Part shown: in pieces, positions 57,425-64,000 of the stretch | How the letters are laid out: each line of letters begins with the position of its first letter | How positions within the stretch are numbered: the first letter of the stretch is position 1 | Source: an uncultured OM182 clade bacterium | Lineage (GTDB): Bacteria > Pseudomonadota > Gammaproteobacteria > Pseudomonadales > Azotimanducaceae | NCBI GenBank assembly: GCA_902567095.1 | Contig: CACFLG010000005.1 | Coordinates: 1,267 to 65,266, forward strand | Length of the DNA: 64,000 bases | Direction: 5' to 3' | Position numbers and translations under genes: made by a program | The notes under the pieces: generated by a model | The model's database searches: none | The model's input: the letters and a program-made list of their open reading frames with translations, nothing else | What the model was told of the DNA's origin: nothing

Positions 57425-58989
57425 AAGGTCTTCTCGCTCGGCTAGGGCTTTTATCCCGAAAAATGCGAACCGGTTTTTTTCTTGGTCTCTTCATTTTATT
57501 TTCGGTTTTCTCATCGATTTTGTTTCACTTCCAGTTCGATCTTCTTGATATCGAAAGCCTCCAATACGATGAGGGCGCTATCGATACCGCGTTTGATTGG
57601 AGATTTAAAATGCCGGACGCCAGCCCGAGCTTCCTCATCGTTGAAATTGACGAGGCCTCGCTCCACCACTTTTCTGAAGAGTACGGCAGGTGGCCTTGGC
57701 CAAGAGATATCTTTGGAGAGACGCTAGCAGGGATATCAGAGTATGACCCAAAGTCGGTTACCTTTAACATCATGTTCTCTGACCCTGATAGGCTAGACCC
57801 CGATTCTGATGCACTCTTTGATTTTATAATTGCGGAGACGGATAACGTCATCTTTCCTGCAACGCGTTTGTCAAAGCAAAACGATGAGCTTAGTGAGGTC
57901 AAAGCAAGCCAGCTTTCGTTTTCTCGAGACATAGAGGAAGACCGAACTGTTGCCATATTAGTGACTCAGTTCGGGGCTGCCACTACCAAAATGGCTATCA
58001 ATAACCTGTTGATTGATGATGACGGCATAGTTCGACGTTTTGCGGCGCTGCATTCTGAGCCTGGTTTCTCGCTACTAACGCTTCCTGGAAAGATTGCAGA
58101 GCTCGAATCACGATCATTAACAGACACTGAGTACCTCATAAACTGGCCAGAAGACATTAACAATTATGAATCTATATCGTTTAAGGTTTTATATGAAGCT
58201 CTGGAAAATGGTGATAAGTCCGTGCTCACAAGTTTATCAGACGAACACATACTGTTTGGGTTGACCGCACCTGGCTTGTCTTTCCAGCGACCCACTCCCG
58301 TGTCGGCCTTCACGGAGGACACGCGCATACTCACGGCCGTTGCCGACAATATAATTCAAGGGAATGGGCTCAGCACGATCCCACCCGCCCTGATTCTATT
58401 TCTTGCTATATTGATGTTCGGAGTGCTCTCGCTTTGCTTTATTTTGAAAGTTGATGATGGGTTAATTGACGTGATCTTCATTGGCCTTGAAACCAGCTCA
58501 ATCCTGATCACGATCGGTTCGATGAGTTTCACGTCCTATGCGATCGACTTAAGCTTTCTGATATTTTCTGGGCTCATCTACTTCGCAATATGTAAAACCT
58601 ACGACATACCCGTTAGATCATCTGAACGAGCCTACCGAAATTTCTTCGACGGAAAAACATCGGAGAAATACGCCTATTTTTCTGTTTTTATTTATCAGTC
58701 TGGGCAGCTAGACCAACTTCTGCAGTTCCTGAAAATAAAGTCTCCGGCGAGCGAGCGTATTTTCTTGGTAGACAATTTTATTTCGTCGCAGAGTTTGTTT
58801 CAGGAAGAGATTGTTGAGAGCGAAGTGTTGGTTTTCATGCATAGCGAGCCTCTTGCAGAATCTGAGGTGATAGATCAATTTTCTGCTACTCTTAATTTCT
58901 CTGTCGGCAAAAATTTTCAATCCGATGCGCTGCGGGCGATTGTCGGGTTATACAATGAAATGCTTGGACCTTCGTCGGTTGAGAACTAG
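57421..58989 (+). CDS. CHASE2-domain membrane protein without a recognisable output domain (envelope cluster gene I)
   Basis: 522 aa with a GTGA overlap with gene H. After the N-terminal TM segment comes FLIVEIDEASLHHFSEEYGRWPWPRDIFGETL...FNIMFSDPD, the CHASE2 signature. Then come ~3 TM helices and a ~130-aa tail with no kinase, cyclase or GGDEF motifs that I can see. Confidence 0.75.
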   Translation: MKGLLARLGLLSRKMRTGFFLGLFILFSVFSSILFHFQFDLLDIESLQYDEGAIDTAFDWRFKMPDASPSFLIVEIDEASLHHFSEEYGRWPWPRDIFGETLAGISEYDPKSVTFNIMFSDPDRLDPDSDALFDFIIAETDNVIFPATRLSKQNDELSEVKASQLSFSRDIEEDRTVAILVTQFGAATTKMAINNLLIDDDGIVRRFAALHSEPGFSLLTLPGKIAELESRSLTDTEYLINWPEDINNYESISFKVLYEALENGDKSVLTSLSDEHILFGLTAPGLSFQRPTPVSAFTEDTRILTAVADNIIQGNGLSTIPPALILFLAILMFGVLSLCFILKVDDGLIDVIFIGLETSSILITIGSMSFTSYAIDLSFLIFSGLIYFAICKTYDIPVRSSERAYRNFFDGKTSEKYAYFSVFIYQSGQLDQLLQFLKIKSPASERIFLVDNFISSQSLFQEEIVESEVLVFMHSEPLAESEVIDQFSATLNFSVGKNFQSDALRAIVGLYNEMLGPSSVEN

Positions 58990-58997
58990 GGCCACGC

Positions 58998-60851
58998 TTA
59001 CCTGCTTTTCCAGAAATCAGTGACCCTCTCGATCTCCTCAAGGCTTACCATCGGAGCCTGAAAACGGGTAAGACCCTTCGCCGCTGGATTAAGAAATAAT
59101 CCGTCTCCCTTCCCCTGCAATGCCTCTGCACCTTTCTGGTTCAGTATGACGCGTGAGTCAACATTTGAGCTCACGCGAAACGCCAGCCTCCCGGGCACAT
59201 TGGTCTTTATCAGGCCCGTGATAATGTCTGCCGTAGGTCGCTGTGTCGCCATGATAAGATGAATCCCCGCCGCCCTCGCCTTTTGGGCAAGGCGCACAAT
59301 CGGATCTTCGATAATACTTCCTTCCTGCATCAGCAGATCAGCGAGTTCGTCAATGACCACTACCATGTGAGAAAGTTTATTACGATTGTCTTCCAATTCA
59401 TTGAATTCTATTATATTTCTAGAATTGCTCTCATTTAAAAGGCGGTATCGCTCATCCATCATTTCGGTTAATTCGTTTAGCCGATCGATTGTCTGATCTG
59501 TCTCAGTAATGACCTCTCCGTCAAGGTGAGGCAGACCACGGAAATGAGAGAACTCCACCATTTTGGGATCGATCAAAACAAGCCTCAAGCCTTCGGGGGA
59601 TGCATGGTAAAGCAGCGAAACCAGCAGAGAGTTTAAAGCGATTGACTTACCCGACCCGGTAGACCCTGCAACTAAGAGGTGAGGCATTTGAGACAAATCA
59701 ACACAAACCGGAGAACCCAATGTGTCGATTCCTATTCTTAGAGGTAACTGCATCTCTGCACTTTCACGGGAGGTGTTAGTAATTAATTCGCGAAGCCCAA
59801 TGGTGCGCCTGTTTTTAACAGGGACCTCTACTCCTATCTTGCCTTCCCTGCCAACAATATCCGCGTTAAGTCGGACCGCGTCGTCCGGATGACCCAAGAA
59901 ACGGCTTATATCAGGCAGATGTCTCTCAACCTCTGAAATCTTTGTGCCCCGCTTTGGCGCCACAAAATGGGTCGCGACCATCGGCCCCACGACCGTCTCA
60001 TCTACGTCAGCCTTGACCCCGAACTGCTTCAACGCCGCCACTAGACGAGCGCTAGATTCTTTTAATTCTTCCTCGTCTCTATTCTCCTCATCAGAGGGTC
60101 TCAGAAAATCAATGTTCGGCCGCTCGTCTCCATATTCAGGGACGGGAGCGGGAACCGGCTGAGGCCTATCTTTTTGATCCGGCTCCTTCACAGGTTCAGG
60201 AGGTCGGGAGATATCTTCTGATCCCCTCTCACCCCCGGCAACCTTATCTCCGCCGGAGTGCTCAGAACCACCGACCGGTTTCTCGTCACTACCAAGGTCA
60301 TTGTTTTTATTCTCGTCTTTTTTAGATTCGTCTCTAGATGGCGGTGGTGGAGCTGAACTACCCGAGAAGGCTGAGCGCAGATAACCGATCGTCAAGGAGA
60401 CCCATTTTTTTACCTCTCTGGGAGAAAGACAAAACGCAAACACCAGGAGTAAAAGGAGCAGCGAGATAGGTCTTCCCAGAACCGATTCTAAAATTCCCCA
60501 GCCAGAATTTCCTATTGCTCCGCCCATGCCCGATGAACCAAAAATAGCTGAAGCGATAAAAATGAGCCCAGCGAGCCTGTACTGGTCTAGACTGCTCATC
60601 TTGCGACCTTTAATCTGGACGAAAGCGACGTAACCTGTAACTACAGGAAAAAACCAGGCGCCAGTCCCCAGCATACCCATCAAAGCGGAGCCGACTAGGC
60701 TGCCCATAGAGCCAAGAAATTCGGCTTGGCCTTGATGCACCTGCAGAAGACAAAGCCCAAAGTAACCTGACAACGCAAGCAGCGTGTACGGGCTAACGAG
60801 AATCTGTCTTAATAGATTTTCTTTTTTTTTCCTAGCCAATGGTTCCCTCAC
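58998..60851 (-). CDS. ftsK: FtsK/SpoIIIE-family DNA translocase lacking the C-terminal gamma (KOPS/XerD) domain
   Basis: 617 aa with a 4-TM N-terminal domain, a Pro/Glu-rich linker, and a motor with Walker A AGSTGSGKS and Walker B VVVIDELADL. The ORF stops at ...EEIERVTDFWKSR, right after the beta domain. Confidence 0.8.
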   Translation of the reverse strand: MREPLARKKKENLLRQILVSPYTLLALSGYFGLCLLQVHQGQAEFLGSMGSLVGSALMGMLGTGAWFFPVVTGYVAFVQIKGRKMSSLDQYRLAGLIFIASAIFGSSGMGGAIGNSGWGILESVLGRPISLLLLLLVFAFCLSPREVKKWVSLTIGYLRSAFSGSSAPPPPSRDESKKDENKNNDLGSDEKPVGGSEHSGGDKVAGGERGSEDISRPPEPVKEPDQKDRPQPVPAPVPEYGDERPNIDFLRPSDEENRDEEELKESSARLVAALKQFGVKADVDETVVGPMVATHFVAPKRGTKISEVERHLPDISRFLGHPDDAVRLNADIVGREGKIGVEVPVKNRRTIGLRELITNTSRESAEMQLPLRIGIDTLGSPVCVDLSQMPHLLVAGSTGSGKSIALNSLLVSLLYHASPEGLRLVLIDPKMVEFSHFRGLPHLDGEVITETDQTIDRLNELTEMMDERYRLLNESNSRNIIEFNELEDNRNKLSHMVVVIDELADLLMQEGSIIEDPIVRLAQKARAAGIHLIMATQRPTADIITGLIKTNVPGRLAFRVSSNVDSRVILNQKGAEALQGKGDGLFLNPAAKGLTRFQAPMVSLEEIERVTDFWKSR

Positions 60852-60867
60852 TTTTATATTTTTTCAT

Positions 60868-61542
60868 CTAAAAAAAACCCACCAGCCAATCCCAGGCTGT
60901 AGACCAGCAGCTAAACACGTAGGCTATGGCCTCATCAGGGCCATCAAGGAAATAAATAAGCGCCCAGCCGTAGATCATGACATTAGCGGTAGGCAAAAAC
61001 AAAGCCGCAAACAGAAAGCCTGTCTCCTGCAGGTCAGTCTGACCACTGTGGGTCTCAACATAGGTAGACGTTATGTGGTAGGCCATAACCGCTCCCAGCA
61101 TGACCTCGATAGAGTCGTAGTACTGGCGATCAACAACAACCGACAGAATCATCGGAATCAGCATCAGCGTAGGAAAAAAATACGGAGCGATATAGATCAG
61201 CCAGTTTTCGCCTCCCTCGATATAGCAGACACCACCAGAATTCCAAGTAGCCTGGAGACCTGTGACTCTTTTGAAGGTGATCCAAGCGAACAAAGCGTGA
61301 GTTAATTCATGCTCGAAGGTTGAAAAAAAAGATCCTGCAGAGCGTTTGCTAAAGATAAATACCCAGAGCAAAAAGTATCCGACAAAGCCAATCAGGATAG
61401 TAACCTTACTTGAAAATAGTTCGCCTACGACTCCCGAATCCCTGAGCTCGATCAGAGAGAAGGGTAGAATTAAGATCGACGCCGCAGCCAGTGGCCACTT
61501 GATGATCTCTAATCCTTTGTCAATAAAACCTGAAATTGACAC
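60868..61542 (-). CDS. Polytopic membrane protein with an HExxH motif (putative zincin/M50-like)
   Basis: 224 aa, about 6 TM helices, with FEHELTHALFAW. It lies 16 nt upstream of ftsK on the same strand. Confidence 0.55.
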   Translation of the reverse strand: MSISGFIDKGLEIIKWPLAAASILILPFSLIELRDSGVVGELFSSKVTILIGFVGYFLLWVFIFSKRSAGSFFSTFEHELTHALFAWITFKRVTGLQATWNSGGVCYIEGGENWLIYIAPYFFPTLMLIPMILSVVVDRQYYDSIEVMLGAVMAYHITSTYVETHSGQTDLQETGFLFAALFLPTANVMIYGWALIYFLDGPDEAIAYVFSCWSTAWDWLVGFF

Positions 61543-61553
61543 TGAACTCTCCT

Positions 61554-62621
61554 CTATACGAAGGGTATGATTTTTTCTGCGATATCTTCCAGCACTTTGA
61601 ACCTTGGGTCAAAGGAAGGCAGATTCATGACCTGATTGAGGCCGGCTTCATTGAGCGCCGCGAGCCTCTCGATCAGCTCATCCTGAGTCCCAACCATGCA
61701 AGTAGCCTTAATTAGATCTGCCGTTACAAACTTTTCTTCTTCAGGCAAAACCCAGCAATTATGTCCCATGTGTATCCGTTGATGCCTTCGATCCTCCGGA
61801 TAATCTTCAAGAAGTCTCGTGTAGTCGTCCCAAATCCCAGACATTGCGTTTGGGGGTTGGTGACCAAAATTCCTCCACTGGTCATAGGCATAGTGCACCG
61901 ACGCCATGACCATCGCGCCGCACTCAGATTTAATTCTAGCTGAGTCAATTGCTTCATCTTCGTCTTTAACAATCATTGCAGTAAGTCCCGTCGTGTAGAA
62001 ATTACTGCGATCAAAGCCGGGAGGACTATTTGATTCCATTAACCCCCAAAGACTCTCCATTACTGCTGGACTTGATGGCAGGGCAAGCACCGCCCCGTCT
62101 CCATATTTTCCGGCAAGCCCAAGGGAACGTGGGCCGAAACCAGAAACATACAGAGGAATAGAATCCTCAAAATTAACGAAGCCTTTGTCAGGCATTATAT
62201 GTTTGATCGGAATTTGTCCGTCCTGATGATTTAGAAGAGATTCTTCTCCCCGAAGCAGCGGAGACAGCTCCTCGAGATAGCTCTCAAATTTGGCTATTCG
62301 CTGGGGCGGAAGCCCCATGACACGCATAGCAGTATTGCCAGCGCCAACTCCAAAAAAAGTTCTGCCAGGCGCAAGCGCGTTTATTGTAGCGATCCCTGCC
62401 GCATTTACAGAGGCTGGGCGGGTGCCCGTAATTGCAACTCCGGTTCCTAGCTTAATAGAATTGGTTCGGTAAGCCGCGAGCGCCAAAGTCGCGTAGCAGT
62501 CCGACCAGATCATTTGACTGTCTGCGAGCCAGGCATGCGAGTAGCCCAGCTCCTCGGCTCTAACAATATAGTCGGTGTCGCCTATGTGGCTTGGCACGCA
62601 AACACCTATATCCATCCGCAA
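61554..62621 (-). CDS. LLM-class (luciferase-like) flavin-dependent oxidoreductase
   Basis: 355 aa. The TIM-barrel LLM pattern is present (AEELGYSHAWLADSQ, GTGVA....RP, FFGVGAG). Confidence 0.75.
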   Translation of the reverse strand: MRMDIGVCVPSHIGDTDYIVRAEELGYSHAWLADSQMIWSDCYATLALAAYRTNSIKLGTGVAITGTRPASVNAAGIATINALAPGRTFFGVGAGNTAMRVMGLPPQRIAKFESYLEELSPLLRGEESLLNHQDGQIPIKHIMPDKGFVNFEDSIPLYVSGFGPRSLGLAGKYGDGAVLALPSSPAVMESLWGLMESNSPPGFDRSNFYTTGLTAMIVKDEDEAIDSARIKSECGAMVMASVHYAYDQWRNFGHQPPNAMSGIWDDYTRLLEDYPEDRRHQRIHMGHNCWVLPEEEKFVTADLIKATCMVGTQDELIERLAALNEAGLNQVMNLPSFDPRFKVLEDIAEKIIPFV

Positions 62622-62709
62622 ACTCTCCGCCTAGCGTCAGGTATCGAGTTTGCCTCAAATGAGGAAGATACGAAAGACGATCACCAAAACACCTGCTATC
62701 ATCGATCAC

Positions 62710-62803
62710 GGAAGAGCAATGCACCCGGTGGTGCGCGCGGCCTTCAAAGCCGTTGAGCTGCTGATAAAGTGGCTGGAGGGTTCGACTCCTTCCTCTTCCG
62801 CCA
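62710..62803 (+). tRNA. selC: tRNA-Sec (anticodon UCA)
   Basis: Hand fold: acceptor GGAAGAG/CTCTTCC with a G discriminator and encoded CCA. The 6-bp D-stem TGCACC/GGTGCG has the 4-nt loop CGGT, which is a tRNA-Sec hallmark. Anticodon stem GCGGC/GCCGT carries loop CTTCAAA. A long variable arm has the 6-bp stem AGCTGC/GTGGCT. The T-arm is GAGGG-TTCGACT-CCTTC. The 5' and 3' ends resemble E. coli selC (GGAAGA...TTCGACTCC...TCTTCCGCCA). Confidence 0.85.
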
Positions 62804-62940
62804 ATATATCATATAAATCAATAGTTTATAATGACAATAAATATATACATACCAACCTACATACCAATAGAATCTTGCTCAAACCCAAAATTAAGTCTCT
62901 GAAAACAAAAAGAACGAAGATTTACTAAGACCGAGATAAG

Positions 62941-62960
62941 GACCCCCTACCCCCCTTTTT
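62941..62960 (+). repeat. C-rich direct repeat GACCCCCTACCCCCCTTTTT, copy 1
   Basis: It matches 63819-63840 (GACCCCCTACCCCCTTTTTTTT) apart from homopolymer lengths. Confidence 0.6.
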
Positions 62961-63099
62961 CAATCTGGGACTCCTGCTATCTAGTATTAGGGATCTGAAC
63001 GAACGATTAGGTGCTCCTCGAACCGAAAGACATAGAATGAGCTATCTCTTGGAGAATTTGCTGTTATTATCTTCGGCAAATAAAAAGTCTTAAAATTAT

Positions 63100-63774
63100 A
63101 TGTCCCGTTTATTTATCTCTATCGTTGGTGCCTTATTGCTGTTTTTAACAGCATGTTCTAACGAAGAACCCCAGCTCGAAAAAAAGAACCTCGTCGTCGA
63201 TTCTGTTGTTCCTAACCAACGCGATCCGGATGCAGACGCAATAGTGACAGTTGACTATATGATGCAGGAATTCTACGAAAAAAACCCCGAATACTATCCT
63301 GGATATACTTCAAACGAGTATGGCGGCAGGATAATCGCTGACGGCATCGGGAAAACTTTTTGGTCAGCTTACTGCGGAGCAATGCACGAAGCCGCTCAAG
63401 GCTTTTTAATATCTATCAACTCAGAGAGATCCTTCGAAAAAAACGAATTGACTCCACTTCGTCGCATATCCCCTAACTTAGACGTTTCGTGGCGGCATAC
63501 AGTCATGGAAAAGGCATCGGGCTCATCAGGAACATTCCAGAAAAAAAATCGGTCAATTGACCGTCAAATTGAGATTTCCCTATTCGACAGCAAAATCAGA
63601 TGCTCTTTCAAAGATGGCATTTATAGTGAATACAGTGATCTTGAAAACAGCGCGGATTTAATCCGTGAAATGAAAAAAGAAGGCCACGGCATTTTAAAAA
63701 CCTTCAAAGGGTTCGATGGAATGGGAACTCCAGTTGCCTTCGGTATAACTATTTGGATTCGATTTAAGCAATAG
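63100..63774 (+). CDS. Lipoprotein of unknown function
   Basis: 224 aa with lipobox LFLTAC|S. I recognise no motifs. Confidence 0.65.
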   Translation: MSRLFISIVGALLLFLTACSNEEPQLEKKNLVVDSVVPNQRDPDADAIVTVDYMMQEFYEKNPEYYPGYTSNEYGGRIIADGIGKTFWSAYCGAMHEAAQGFLISINSERSFEKNELTPLRRISPNLDVSWRHTVMEKASGSSGTFQKKNRSIDRQIEISLFDSKIRCSFKDGIYSEYSDLENSADLIREMKKEGHGILKTFKGFDGMGTPVAFGITIWIRFKQ

Positions 63775-63818
63775 TGACTTAGCAAGTAGGAATAGGGAAT
63801 CCTTTCTAGCTTTATTGA

Positions 63819-63840
63819 GACCCCCTACCCCCTTTTTTTT
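63819..63840 (+). repeat. C-rich direct repeat, copy 2
   Basis: See 62941-62960. It lies 45 nt after the lipoprotein gene stop. Confidence 0.6.
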
Positions 63841-63909
63841 CAGGACGATTCCATATTTCGGGTGACCCTGAGTTATAATCCCCAATCTAATTAGTAATAG
63901 GAACTCGCT

Positions 63910-64000
63910 GTGTTAGCCACTCAAACCGCCCAATCTGTAATCGACCATGGTCTAACACTTGGCGCTGACTTCGCCGAAATTTTTGTTGAGAAGAGCCAGT
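63910..64000 (+). CDS. N-terminal fragment of a TldD/PmbA-family metalloprotease. It runs off the window edge.
   Basis: My own translation from the GTG at 63910 gives VLATQTAQSVIDHGLTLGADFAEIFVEKSQ. The GADFAEIFVE pattern is typical of TldD/PmbA N-termini. Confidence 0.5.
   Translation, partial: MLATQTAQSVIDHGLTLGADFAEIFVEKSQ

Noticed and set aside
62650-62928. 92-aa plus-strand ORF from the track.
   Set aside because: It overlaps the tRNA-Sec gene and runs into AT-rich intergenic DNA. It has no RBS or recognisable motif.
1-64000. A search by eye for CRISPR arrays, rRNA genes, IS elements, transposases, integrases, phage genes and toxin-antitoxin or restriction-type defence genes.
   Set aside because: None was found. 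No regularly spaced repeats are present, and no ORF carries DDE, tyrosine- or serine-recombinase, or nuclease/helicase defence motifs that I could recognise.

Overview
The window looks like a chromosomal segment of an AT-leaning, probably marine gammaproteobacterium. All homology calls rest on motifs I recognise by eye; no database search or folding program was run.

Backbone. 0.4-20 kb is a housekeeping backbone whose order matches what I recall for Pseudomonas-like genomes. It runs holB-tmk-mltG-fabF-acpP-fabG-fabD-rpmF-yceD, then rluC divergent from rne, then murB, then kdsB-ycaR-(msbA::lpxK)-exbD-exbB. Further housekeeping genes are clpB, greB, hisC, tesB, lolCDE and apbE-nqrM.

Five things stand out.

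1. Selenocysteine decoding.
- selA and selB lie at 35.7-39.0 kb, and a hand-folded tRNA-Sec (selC) at 62710-62803.
- Three genes each appear in the ORF track as two same-frame ORFs separated only by TGA.
- One is a signal-peptide-bearing Bcp/PrxQ-type peroxiredoxin with Sec at the peroxidatic position (39038-39565).
- The other two are paralogous 'UGSC'-motif selenoproteins (13399-13920 minus strand; 47098-47631 plus strand).

2. A repeated UGSC module.
- Each UGSC gene sits beside a paralogous ~350-aa uncharacterised domain protein and an SDR oxidoreductase.
- In copy 1 the partner is fused to a CxxC thioredoxin fold.
- This repeated, apparently GC-richer module has no function I can name.

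3. An envelope operon.
- 49513-58989 is a nine-gene, translationally coupled operon.
- It encodes signal-peptide or lipoprotein products of unknown function.
- It also encodes an SH3b protein, an M48 metalloprotease and a CHASE2 sensor with no recognisable output domain.
- Four of the products end in an unusual acidic, Phe-containing C-terminal tail.

4. A mevalonate-pathway cluster at 39.6-45.3 kb containing an HMG-CoA reductase::mevalonate kinase fusion.

5. Smaller observations.
- An MsbA::LpxK fusion.
- A canonical LexA box in front of a small, very basic ORF.
- An FtsK that lacks the gamma domain.

I saw no rRNA, CRISPR array or recognisable mobile element.
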